64,000 nucleotides of DNA, taken from IMG/VR virus record IMGVR_UViG_3300021511_000005, positions 32,001-96,000 of that record; one strand, 5' to 3'. Positions 44,677 through 54,400 of the stretch are shown piece after piece; position 1 is the first letter of the stretch; the number at the start of each line of letters is the position of its first letter. Source of the DNA: a virus. The notes beneath the pieces were generated by a model. It did no database searches. It was not told the origin of the DNA and worked only from the letters and a program-made list of their open reading frames with translations. The position numbers and the translations under genes were made by a program.

Positions 44677-45022
44677 TCTGTTCCTGGCCCTTCTCTCCAT
44701 CCCCTTCGTTCTCCGCCCGCGGGAGGACGACTGTTGCCGGTGGGACGTCTACGCAGGCCCCATGCTCGTGGCGATCGTGGAGTACGTCCACAGCGCCAAG
44801 GGGGAGTGGATGTGGAGTCCTCCGTGTTCCGGGTTCCGTTATCCCTGTCCCTGGGACTCTTCCCGGGGGACCTGGGCGGACTCCTATCCGGACCGCCACG
44901 AGGAGGCGCTGATGGCGGAGATCCGGCGCTTCATCGAGATCCACAACGTCGAGCATCACCAGGCCTACCTGCTTGCCATGATGACCGGGGAGCGGCGCTT
45001 GCTCGAGCTGGAGGGAGAGTAG
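44669..45022 (+). CDS. hypothetical protein
   Basis: SD GGAGG. Confidence 0.55.
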   Translation: MVDLFLALLSIPFVLRPREDDCCRWDVYAGPMLVAIVEYVHSAKGEWMWSPPCSGFRYPCPWDSSRGTWADSYPDRHEEALMAEIRRFIEIHNVEHHQAYLLAMMTGERRLLELEGE

Positions 45023-45024
45023 CC

Positions 45025-45276
45025 ATGGACAAACGATCGGCCCCTACTCTGTACTTCAGCTCCAAGACCGGCAAGTGGGGCACCACGCCGATCGAGGGTG
45101 CTCCCACCTGGCAGCACAGCTCCATGATGGTCTATGAGGCCTGGTTGCGGAGCCAGGACCGTCGGCGGCGCTACGCGGCCCAGAGAGCCGCGGACCGTCG
45201 GCGGACCAAGGCCCAGTCCAAGTACATCGTCGAGCGGTGCCTGATGGCACTCCTGGCTCACTGGGAGCGGTCATGA
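45025..45276 (+). CDS. hypothetical protein
   Basis: SD GGAG. Confidence 0.5.
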   Translation: MDKRSAPTLYFSSKTGKWGTTPIEGAPTWQHSSMMVYEAWLRSQDRRRRYAAQRAADRRRTKAQSKYIVERCLMALLAHWERS

Positions 45277-45563
45277 GGCGGCGCGCGGGTGAGGACCAAG
45301 AGGATACACGTCGGCGGTTGACCTGGCGCATTGAACAGCTGGCGGAGGTGGGCTGGATCCCGGTGGGCTGGGATGATGTCCGCGGGAAGTTGGCGCCTAA
45401 GTCTCCGGCGGAGAGCCATAGGGTCCGCTGTCCCCATTGTGAAGTGACCTTTGACCACAGCAGCGGGACGGCCCGGGAGAAGCACTTGATCAAGAAACAT
45501 GGTTACAGTCGCCTGGACGGTTTCTACCGGGCTCATGGGATGGACTGCTTCGAAGAGCCTTGA
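45273..45563 (+). CDS. C2H2-like zinc-finger protein
   Basis: CPHC...F...REKHLIKKH. Confidence 0.55.
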   Translation: MRRRAGEDQEDTRRRLTWRIEQLAEVGWIPVGWDDVRGKLAPKSPAESHRVRCPHCEVTFDHSSGTAREKHLIKKHGYSRLDGFYRAHGMDCFEEP

Positions 45564-45628
45564 CATACTCCGCAGCGGGGTCATCATATCGGTTGTCAGG
45601 GCTTCGGCCCACAACCCAGGAGGCTCCG
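45558..45628 (+). promoter_or_regulatory. repeated cassette, copy 7
   Basis: CCTTGACATACTCCGCAGCGGGGTCATCAT...GGTTGT-CA-GGGC-TTCG-GCCC-ACAACC...GGAGGCTC. Confidence 0.85.
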
Positions 45629-45859
45629 ATGACCAAGACCGTTACGAAGGAACGCAAGGATGGCCGGGACCTGGCCAAGCTTCTCCGCTCCAATTTCGGC
45701 TCCTACGAGCTGGTTCAGAATGTCCTGACCGCACAGTGCGCCGGCTGTCGCGAGATGGCTCAGGGGATGTTGGACGAGCTGACTGTGGACGAGCTGGACG
45801 AATTGGACGCCCAGATCGAGCTGATTCAGACTCAGATGGCTCAGCAGGCGCAGGAGTAG
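45629..45859 (+). CDS. hypothetical protein
   Basis: Starts at the cassette RBS. Confidence 0.6.
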   Translation: MTKTVTKERKDGRDLAKLLRSNFGSYELVQNVLTAQCAGCREMAQGMLDELTVDELDELDAQIELIQTQMAQQAQE

Positions 45860-45862
45860 GCG

Positions 45863-46672
45863 ATGCACCAGCTCCGCCTTGCCATCGAGCCCCTGGACGA
45901 CACCCGGCCCATTCCGACCTGCCAGGATGGAACCGGGCCCATCTGCCCCTGGTGCGGGGAGGAGCGTTTCCTGGATGTCCTGGAGTACTGGCCGGAGGAG
46001 CGGGCGTGGATGTTCGATACCTGCTGTGAGGGCTCCCATCAGGATGCCTGTGAGCACGCCGCCCAGGACCCCCGGGGCTTCGGTCGTTGGTTTGAGGGCG
46101 TGACTGGTTGCTACGTCCGTCAGGGTTACCAGAGTACGGTGGAGCCCGACTTTCTCCGCCTGGACTTCGGTTTGACCGTGGGGCCGGTGAAGCAGGCGGA
46201 CGCCAAGGCCTTCATCAGCGAGCATCACCGCCACAACAACGCACCGGCCGGCTGGAAGTGGGGTTTGGGCTGCTACAACGGCCACGAGCTAATCGCAGTC
46301 CTGTGGGTCGGTCGTCCGGTGGCGCGGAAGCTGGACCACACCAAGATCGTCGAGGTCAACCGCTTGTGTGTGAATCCCGACCTGGACCCGGAGCTGGTGT
46401 GGAACGCTTGCTCGAAGCTCTACGCTGAGGCGGCCCGGGAGGCCAAGACTCGGCGCTACGACAGGGCCATCACCTACACCCTGGCGAGCGAGTCCGGCGG
46501 GACCCTGGTGGCTGCGGGCTGGACCCCGACGCACCGCACCGAGGGAGGAAGCTGGGATCGCCCGAGCCGAGCCCGCACCGACAAGGCCCCGACTTGCCAG
46601 AAGATCCGTTGGGAGAAGGGTTGCAACAAGCGCGCCCGTAAGGACATCGCCAAGCGGGCCATCACCCTGTAA
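45863..46672 (+). CDS. XF1762/Mom-like GNAT-fold putative DNA-modification protein
   Basis: 'AKAFISEHHRH', 'VGRPVAR.LD', 'EVNRLC', 'NACSKLY', 'ITYTL.SESG..L.AAGW'. Confidence 0.75.
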   Translation: MHQLRLAIEPLDDTRPIPTCQDGTGPICPWCGEERFLDVLEYWPEERAWMFDTCCEGSHQDACEHAAQDPRGFGRWFEGVTGCYVRQGYQSTVEPDFLRLDFGLTVGPVKQADAKAFISEHHRHNNAPAGWKWGLGCYNGHELIAVLWVGRPVARKLDHTKIVEVNRLCVNPDLDPELVWNACSKLYAEAAREAKTRRYDRAITYTLASESGGTLVAAGWTPTHRTEGGSWDRPSRARTDKAPTCQKIRWEKGCNKRARKDIAKRAITL

Positions 46673-46674
46673 GC

Positions 46675-46703
46675 TTGCCCACCGAGGTCTCGCGCGTTAC
46701 GCT
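46675..46703 (+). promoter_or_regulatory. promoter candidate TTGCCC-N17-TACGCT ahead of the lysis genes
   Basis: sigma70-like spacing in a short intergenic gap. Confidence 0.3.
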
Positions 46704-46709
46704 GGGGCC

Positions 46710-47420
46710 ATGCCCGCCAAGCCCAAGATGGTCAGGTTCAACGAGCTGGCCGGGATCCCCTGCTACTACGCGAGGGTCAACGCGGCCTATGGGGACCTGG
46801 CGAGGACCACGAGCAGAACCGACAAGGGACGTATGCGGAGTTTGGCGCCGAGCTTCAAGGCCCGGATGGATGCCTGCATCGCGGAGATCTACTGGCTGAC
46901 CTACGGGCTGCTGGGGCCCTTGCAGGCCATCACCAGCGGTGGCGCCTATGTGAACAAGCCGGGCTGGCATCGTAAGGGCAAGGCCTACGATCTGGGCGGG
47001 CTTCACTGGCCGGAGCGGAAGCTGGTCCTGATTCAGACCGCCTCCGCGCGGAAGCTGGGTGAAGACTGGAATTGGCATCTGTATTTGGCCGTGGAAGCCG
47101 CGATCCGGCGGCACTTTGGGACCGTCTTGGGAATCCTCCACAACCGCCAACATTGGAATCATTACCATATTGATCCGGGGACCAAGGTGGGCTTCTGGAC
47201 CGAGGGCTTCGGAGCTACCACCAGGATCACCTTCCTCCAGGCCGTGTTGAAGGACATCTGGGGTCACTACGTCGGCAAGCTGGACGGGGACTACGGTCCC
47301 AAGTCCAAGGCGGCCGTGGCGGCCGTCCGAAAGGAGCTGGCCCTGGGCCCCCTCGAGAACCCCACGGCCTGGAGTCAGTTTCTGCTTCTGACCGCGATGT
47401 CGGGGATTCAGCATGGGTAA
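46710..47420 (+). CDS. putative endolysin: M15/extensin-like zinc peptidase + peptidoglycan-binding domain
   Basis: H-x6-D 'HRKGKAYD', 'HWNHYHID'; PG-binding 'LQAVL...GKLDGDYGPKSKAAV'. Confidence 0.7.
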   Translation: MPAKPKMVRFNELAGIPCYYARVNAAYGDLARTTSRTDKGRMRSLAPSFKARMDACIAEIYWLTYGLLGPLQAITSGGAYVNKPGWHRKGKAYDLGGLHWPERKLVLIQTASARKLGEDWNWHLYLAVEAAIRRHFGTVLGILHNRQHWNHYHIDPGTKVGFWTEGFGATTRITFLQAVLKDIWGHYVGKLDGDYGPKSKAAVAAVRKELALGPLENPTAWSQFLLLTAMSGIQHG

Positions 47421-47982
47421 GAGCTGGACTGATGACCTGAGCCGTTACCAGGACCTGGCGCGGCAAATCGAGCCCGCGATTCGATTGACCACGAAGGACG
47501 GGTGGTTCTGGCGGGCGTTGGCGGTTGTGGTTCACGGTGTCACATTCGGGGGGACCACGCGGACAGAGTTCCTCGAGGACTACGGGACGACGATCGGGCC
47601 GGTGATGGCCAATCCTCGACGTTGGCCGCGGCTTGGTGAGGGCTACATTGTCCACGAGGGGACCCACGCCGCGGACATGCGGAAGGCTGGTTTGGGTATC
47701 CATCCGTGGGTCGGGTTGTTGTTCTACGGCCTGGTCTACCTGTTGGTGTTCTTCCCCTTTCTTTTGGCCTATGGGCGGTACAAGCTCGAGCTGCGAGCGG
47801 ACGTGGCCCGTTGGCGTCACGAGCTGAAGCAGGGATTGAGGTCTCCGGATCAGCTCCGCGCGCACGCTGAGCGCCGGGGGAAGTCGCTCAAGGGGGGAGC
47901 CTACGCCTTCGCTTGGCTGTGGGCCCGCAAGGGGTACGCGAGCCGCGTGGAGGCGGTGATCGAGGAGATCGGTCATGTCTGA
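47413..47982 (+). CDS. membrane-associated HExxH protein
   Basis: 'IVHEGTH', hydrophobic segment, 'YKLELRA'. Confidence 0.55.
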   Translation: MGKSWTDDLSRYQDLARQIEPAIRLTTKDGWFWRALAVVVHGVTFGGTTRTEFLEDYGTTIGPVMANPRRWPRLGEGYIVHEGTHAADMRKAGLGIHPWVGLLFYGLVYLLVFFPFLLAYGRYKLELRADVARWRHELKQGLRSPDQLRAHAERRGKSLKGGAYAFAWLWARKGYASRVEAVIEEIGHV

Positions 47983-48520
47983 CGACAGCACGCCGTCTCA
48001 TCCAATGCTGCAGGTCTTCAAGGACATCGGCTCCATCAAGACCGGGATTGCGAACCTGGAAGGCGGGCAGGCGGAGCTGGACGGCAAGGTTTCCGGGCTC
48101 CACCACACCATCGCGGGCCTGGTCACATCGGATGAGTGTGAAGCCCACAGGGACGCGCTGGAGGCGTCCATGGAGATGGCGGAGGGTCCGACAGCTCAGC
48201 TCCCCCCAGGCGGACCGGGGCTGCTGGAGCGCGCCGGCAAGCATGCCAAGGCCATCACGGCGATCCTGGTCCTGTTGGGGATGGTCGGAGGGATCCTGTT
48301 GGTCATGTCCCGGTTGGTGGGCTCTGTGGAGCGGACGCTGGCTGCGGACCGTCAGGCTCAGAAGGCCGTCCAGGCCCAGGTCCTCCAGGAGTTGAAGAAG
48401 CCTCAGGAGCCCGTGGTGGTTCGGGAGAAGGTTTATGTCTACCCGGACGCGGGGGCTCGCAGGCGGCGCCGGCGGCCTGTCAGGCGGCGTCGGGTTCCGC
48501 GGACCAAGCGGACCCCCTAG
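47975..48520 (+). CDS. single-TM coiled-coil protein (holin/spanin-like candidate)
   Basis: Central TM AITAILVLLGMVGGILLVM; Arg-rich C-terminus; lysis context. Confidence 0.45.
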   Translation: MSDDSTPSHPMLQVFKDIGSIKTGIANLEGGQAELDGKVSGLHHTIAGLVTSDECEAHRDALEASMEMAEGPTAQLPPGGPGLLERAGKHAKAITAILVLLGMVGGILLVMSRLVGSVERTLAADRQAQKAVQAQVLQELKKPQEPVVVREKVYVYPDAGARRRRRRPVRRRRVPRTKRTP

Positions 48521-48565
48521 ACAGACCTACACCGCGGAAGATACTCTACTGCCCAGGAGGGTCAC

Positions 48566-48874
48566 ATGCCTGTTTACGCTTACACCTGCCAAGCCTGCGG
48601 GGAGACAACGGATCATTGTGTCCCCTACGATAGCCGGTTGAGGTCGCTGGATTGTCCGCTTTGCGAAGCTCCCGAGGCGGCCAAGTACTCCTGTGTGGAC
48701 GGTCGGCCGCCGATGTCCACCATGAACGCAGTTCGGCCGCGGAAGGACGATGGCCGGATGATCTTCGATGAGCGGGAAGTCCACGCCGATTCAGAGCGGG
48801 GCAAGGATTGGCGGGATGAGGGGACCAACGGTAACCCGGGCGGCGCCGGCGAGAAGCTTTATTTCCACGATTAG
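48566..48874 (+). CDS. FmdB-family zinc-ribbon protein
   Basis: MPVYAYTCQACG...CPLC. Confidence 0.8.
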   Translation: MPVYAYTCQACGETTDHCVPYDSRLRSLDCPLCEAPEAAKYSCVDGRPPMSTMNAVRPRKDDGRMIFDEREVHADSERGKDWRDEGTNGNPGGAGEKLYFHD

Positions 48875-48877
48875 CCG

Positions 48878-49333
48878 ATGACCACCCTGATCATCACGGC
48901 GATCCTGTGGTTGGCGCCTCAGGTGGAGCCGGCGGACGCGAAGCTCTACGCGACTCATATTCAGCGAGAGGCCACCCGCTGGGACCTGGACCCCCTGCTG
49001 GTGCTGGCGGTGATCAAGCGGGAGTCCGGCTTCAACCCCAGGGCCAGGTCCAAGACGTCCGACTATGGCCTGATGCAGGTCCATGTCTCCAAGACGACCT
49101 ACTCCGGCTACCTCCATCATCCGGAACGACTCTACAACCCCAAGCTCAACATCCGTTTGGGGATCCGCCTGATGGCCATCTGGAGGGACTACCACGCCGG
49201 CCGATGTGAGGGTCAGCATCCGTTCTGGGCCCACTTCAAGTACGGCAAACGGATCCCGCGCAAGCGCAAGGGCAAGAAGGTGGACGCTATCTACCGGGAG
49301 CTGGTGGCCAAGTTCCGCAGTTCGGGGGTTTGA
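48878..49333 (+). CDS. lytic transglycosylase (SLT domain)
   Basis: 'LDPLLVLAVIKRESGFNPRA.S..DYGLMQV...LYNPKLNIRLG'. Confidence 0.85.
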   Translation: MTTLIITAILWLAPQVEPADAKLYATHIQREATRWDLDPLLVLAVIKRESGFNPRARSKTSDYGLMQVHVSKTTYSGYLHHPERLYNPKLNIRLGIRLMAIWRDYHAGRCEGQHPFWAHFKYGKRIPRKRKGKKVDAIYRELVAKFRSSGV

Positions 49334-51417
49334 TGCAGCGATACCCGGTGATGGGGCGGGTCCCCAAGGTCCTGCTGCGGAACACCAAGCCCACCCCCAC
49401 GCCGGTTATCAACGGGACGACGGTTCCGCCCATCCGGGAGCTGGTTAACGCGGAGCTGACGCCGGAGCGAATCGCCGCAGCGGTGGAGCTGGCGGGCACC
49501 GCGGCCCAGCACGATCCGGGCTGGAGCTGCGCCTACGATCAGCTGCTGCGGACCAGCTGCTGCTTCTTCGCGACGGAGAAGATCCGGGGCCCCCAGGAGG
49601 AGCCCTATAACGGCAAGTTCCTGGTGGGACGCCATCACCTGGAGTGGGACAAGATGATCCCGCGCTACGACCGGATGAATATCCTGGCGGCGCGGGACCA
49701 CGGCAAGTCCTTCTTCTGGACGCTGGCCTACCCTATCTGGAAGGCCGGCTACAACAAGCCTGGGAGCTTGGGTTACATCTTCAGTTCGACGCAGCCGGAG
49801 GCGGAGAAGTTCCTCCGGATGATCAAGGACGAGATCCTCGAGAATCCGGAGTTCGCCCACCTGATCCCTTACACGCGGGACCGCTACTGGTCGGCCAAGG
49901 AGATCAAGCTCCGCAACGGGTCGGTCATCAGGGCGCGCGGCTTCGGGGTCAAGGTCAGGGGCGGGCACCCCGACTGGGTCATTGCGGATGACGTCCTGGA
50001 CGATGAAGACATCTATTCGGAGACTATCCGCCGGCGCAACGTGGACTACTTCTTGTCCGCCATCGCCAACATGGTTCCGATGCAGGAGCATGTGGTTGAG
50101 CACAAGCGGGCTCAACTAGTGGTCGTCGGGACTCCGATGCACCAGGCGGATCTCTATGCGGCGCTGGACTCCACAGGTGAGTACGAGTGTCGGAAGTATC
50201 CCTGCAGGAACAAGGCGGGGGAGCTGTTGTTCCCCGAGCGCTACAGTGAAGCCACGTTACTCCGTAAGCGGCGGGAGCTGAAGTCAGAGGCCCGGTTCGC
50301 CAGGGAGTTCATGTGTGAACCGCTGAGCGATGAGGCCAGCCTCTTCCCCTCAAAACTGTTCGTGGGAAAGACGGTCAGCGGGGACGCGATTCGTGTGCCC
50401 TACAAGTTGGGGATGCCTGCGAGTTACTGGGAGGCCAAGGGCTGCTTGCGCTATACCGGCGTGGACATCGCGATGTCCGCGGAGACCGGGGGCGACTACT
50501 TCGTGATCTTCACGGTCGCGGTGGACCAGGCGGGCAACCGCTGGATCGCCAACATCACCCGTAAGAAGGGGATCAGCTTCCAGGCTCAGCTCGACTTGAT
50601 CAAGGACGAGTACTATCTCTTGAAGCCCGAGACCATCCTGATTGAGGCGAACCAGATGCAGCGGGTCTGGGCCGACGAGATTGTCCGGGAGACAGACCTA
50701 CCAGTGAAGAAGTTCTTCACGACGGGCGTGGGTGGAACGCAACCGGATCAACCCTGGAAGAAGGGAGCCACGTCCATCAGCGTCAACAAGAATCACCTGG
50801 ACCGTGGCGTTCCGGCGCTGCGGATCTCCCTTGAGAACGGCAAGTGGCGGATTCCGCGCGGGGACGCGGAGGCCATCGAGACCACTGACTACTGGATTGG
50901 GGAGATGGGTGCCATTGGCTGGATCGATGGGAAGGTCCAGTCAGTGGGCGAGCATGACGACACTGTGATGGCCTGCTGGATGTGCAACACGGCGGTCACC
51001 ATGGGCGCGGCCGCGAAGCTCGACATGATCGAGACCGGTCCGGAGGAGCGTCGGGCTATCTTGGCGGCGCCGAAGCCGGAGGAGCTGATGGGAGAAGACG
51101 AGGTCAACACTTTGGAGCAGGACACCAGGAAGGCTTTGGCCGCCGTCCACAGCGGTAAGAAGACCAGCCTGGACCGGGACACCTACATCATGGGGGGCCG
51201 GGATGCTTTGCAACACTACGCCGGTCAGTGCGTGGACTGGGGTGATGAGACCCGGGCGGTGGTGGTGCTGGAGGAGATCAAGCGGCTGGACCGGTTACAC
51301 GGGGTCCGTGCTGGAGACGTCCACCTTGCATCTGCGGAACGCGGAAGGTATGTTCAAGGCGCCGATTGGGCACCCCAGGAGCACGCCCCAACCGCCGAAG
51401 ATCTTGGTGTTACCTAG
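49333..51417 (+). CDS. terL: terminase large subunit
   Basis: Walker A ARDHGKS, Walker B IADD, VGTP, nuclease GVDIA/DYF/HDDTVMA. Confidence 0.92.
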   Translation: MQRYPVMGRVPKVLLRNTKPTPTPVINGTTVPPIRELVNAELTPERIAAAVELAGTAAQHDPGWSCAYDQLLRTSCCFFATEKIRGPQEEPYNGKFLVGRHHLEWDKMIPRYDRMNILAARDHGKSFFWTLAYPIWKAGYNKPGSLGYIFSSTQPEAEKFLRMIKDEILENPEFAHLIPYTRDRYWSAKEIKLRNGSVIRARGFGVKVRGGHPDWVIADDVLDDEDIYSETIRRRNVDYFLSAIANMVPMQEHVVEHKRAQLVVVGTPMHQADLYAALDSTGEYECRKYPCRNKAGELLFPERYSEATLLRKRRELKSEARFAREFMCEPLSDEASLFPSKLFVGKTVSGDAIRVPYKLGMPASYWEAKGCLRYTGVDIAMSAETGGDYFVIFTVAVDQAGNRWIANITRKKGISFQAQLDLIKDEYYLLKPETILIEANQMQRVWADEIVRETDLPVKKFFTTGVGGTQPDQPWKKGATSISVNKNHLDRGVPALRISLENGKWRIPRGDAEAIETTDYWIGEMGAIGWIDGKVQSVGEHDDTVMACWMCNTAVTMGAAAKLDMIETGPEERRAILAAPKPEELMGEDEVNTLEQDTRKALAAVHSGKKTSLDRDTYIMGGRDALQHYAGQCVDWGDETRAVVVLEEIKRLDRLHGVRAGDVHLASAERGRYVQGADWAPQEHAPTAEDLGVT

Positions 51418-51430
51418 CTAGGAGAGGCCC

Positions 51431-54400
51431 TTGTCCCATTACCTACGGAATCCCCTGATACCGGGGCAAGGCCCCAAGCTGGTGATAGGTATGCGGAACC
51501 TGCGGAACGATGTCCGCGTGGACACGTCTGCGCTGGCGGAGTTGACCCGGCCGCCGAAGCCCCTGGGCCGGCCGGTCATACCCGGCGGGGAGCATGAGTA
51601 CCGCTCCGCGGATGAGGTCGCCAAGGGTCTGGGACTCAACCACGACCAGGAGCGGGACTTTCTCCAGGCGATGAAGGCCTGGTTGAGCGAGCCCAACGTG
51701 GTGTCCTTCCGCAAGTCGCTGGTCCGCGGTCTGCGGAAGATGGCACCCGGCAACGGTCCGTTGCGTGGGGAGCTGGCGCGCCGGGCGGTTCAGGTCTGGA
51801 AGGCCACAAGGGGGAACCACCCCTCTCGGACCTACGGACGGGAGGGGCAGCCCCAGGACATCATCCGCAAGGCCAAGAAGGACAAGCCTATCAGCGGTCA
51901 GTTGGGGTTGTTTGGGGGGACGCTGCCCAAGGGCGTCACAGTGGGCAAGCCCAAGAAGCCCAAGAAGCAGGTGAAGGCCGCGGCGGCGAGTGCGGGCTGG
52001 CAGGCGATCCCCGCGGGGAAGCACGGCGGCCAGCGCCGGCGGAAGGGCAATAAGTGGGAGTACCGCTACCCCGATGGTAAGGGAGGCTGGTCAGGCCAGC
52101 CCCAGAAGGCTGAGCCCAAACCGGTGAAGGTCCCAGAGCTGAAGCCCGAGGCCCGGAAGATGGCGTACAAGGGCCTGCGGACCTGGGTCACCGCGAGCGG
52201 TCACGGGACGACCAAGGAGGAGCTGGAGCAGCGACTGGCCGCGGCGCTCGAGGCCCAGAAGCAGTCCGAGGTATTTAGCTTCAAGGTGACGCACGTCAAG
52301 CGGGAGAAGGCCCAGAAGCATGACGACGGCCGATCGGTCCCCGCCTATGACGAGTGGGACGTGGAGGTCGAGCACCAGGCTGCCATTCCCGGTCACCAGT
52401 TGACCGGCAAGATCGAAACGGCCACTGGCGTGGTGACGCTGTTCCACGACAAAGCTACCGTTTCCAAGGACGATTACGCGCGGGCGCAGAGGGGCGTCTG
52501 TGACGTCTGCAAGACCAAGCGTCGGCGGAATTCGGTCTTCGTGGTGCAGCGGGAATCCGACGATAAGCACTTGTTGGTGGGTGGAGAGTGTTCCAAGAAG
52601 TTCAAGGGGGCCAATCTGTGGCGGTTGGCCAACGCCATGGAGGAGGTGGACCTGGGCGGCGCCATCGCGGATGCCTTTGACGAGGGAGAGGGCTTCGGCG
52701 GTGGTGGTGGTGGCGGACCCCGGTCCGCGGAGCCCCACGATCTGCTGGGGACAGCGTTGTGGCTCGTCCGTAAAGAGGGCTATATCGGCGGCGCGGATGC
52801 AGATGCCGAGATGACCATGTCCACACCCGATCGGGTCAAGGAGATCCTGGCCGGGGGGAAGGCCGCCCCAACCAAGGAGGAGCAAGCCGAGATTGATCGG
52901 GAAGCCGAGCTGATCAAGAAGGACCTTCCCGAGATTCGGAAATGGATCCAGGAACGCATCCCCACGGACCCGGACGCGGTCATCACCAAGGACATCGCGT
53001 TTGCGGTGACGGTGGACAAGCTCCTGGGCTCCGATTTCATCGAGCCCAAGCACTTCAGCCGCGTGGTGTGGGTTCCACATCGCTACTACAAGATGGTTCA
53101 GCGGCGTGAACAGAAGGCGAAGGCCAAGCCCTACGAGGCTCCCCACGCCAAGATGCACAACCTCCCCGGTGAGTGGACGATCTTGTCCAACACCGTCAAG
53201 GACTCGGACTACGGTTCCTACAACTCGGTGACCGCGATGGACGCGGAGGGACACAAGATCTGGTTCCGCCAGACAGACGCCTACGATCTGAAGGAGGGGG
53301 ACAAGGTCACGCTCCGCGGCAAGCTCAAGGATCAGAAGGACACCATCACGTTCATGTCCCACATGAAGGTGAAGAATCTGTCCGAGGAGAAGCGGCAGTC
53401 TGTGATCGAGGCCGAAGCCGAGGAGTTCCGCAAGGAGCGGGCGCGGCGGATGGCGAGTACGGATCCGAAGGAAATCGTCCAGGTCAAGATGCACGAGGCC
53501 TATGATCCAACACCAGGCGGCACTGAGCGCCAGTCGGCCTTCCGCAAGAAGCTGGTCAAGGCTGTGGTGGCTTTGATGAAGGAAGGCGCCGAGATCCCCC
53601 ACGACGCCCTGTATACGACGTGGGATTACTTCGACGGCTACGGCGACGACAAACGACCCGAGAAGGAGAAGCGCGGGGACCCGGTAGCCGCCGCGGCTAC
53701 ACGCCAGTATGCCAAGGTCCAGGCCGGCGAGAATCCGGTCAACGCCAAGGAGCTGTTGGAGCTGTTACCCGAGGTGGGGGCTCGCATGATCCGCAAGAAG
53801 TTGGGGGAAGAGGCAGCCAAGTGGATCTTCAAGCGGGCCGGCCTGGCCAAGTCCATGGATGATGATTTGGCGAGGCTGCGGCCGCGGATGATCCTTCAGC
53901 CCACGAGTCACCCTATGGAGCTGGTATGGATGGCCGAAGAGGTCCCGGACAATCTCCACGAGACCTGGAAGCGGATGCCTCCGGGTTGGCCGGCCGCCGA
54001 TGAGATCCTCAAGGCGAAGTACTTCAAGCGGACGGGCTCGCCGGGAAACTACGTTTACTACTACAAGCGAGACGATGGATCGGTCCAGGCCGTCCGCCAG
54101 AAGATGCACCCGGAGGGTGATCCTCGGAGGCGGGGTCCCTACAAGAAGACCAAGAACGCCAAGGGAGAGACCGTTTACACCGGCGGGGAGAAGCCGCCGG
54201 GCGCGGGCTGGGAGAAGATCCCGGAGAGTCCACACGGCGGGATGCGGCGGCCGGTGAGCGGCGGCAAGGTCCGTCAGTGGGAGTTCTGGTATCCGGGTGG
54301 GGGGGAGAAGCAGACGGCGATGTTCGGTGGTGGGGGTGCAGCCCCGCCGGCACCGGCGGCACCCGAAGCGGCCAAGGGTGGCCCGGTCAAGTGGTCCAAG

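Noticed and set aside
33367-45628. The seven repeats as a CRISPR array or integron attC sites
   Set aside because: Copies are 1-3 kb apart, degenerate and carry promoter and RBS features; no cas or integrase gene and no attC RYYYAAC/GTTRRRY ends seen
33402-45628. TTG-started N-terminal extensions in the ORF track (33402, 34326, 40950, 45560)
   Set aside because: These starts fall inside the regulatory cassette; the ATG after GGAGGCTC is the better start
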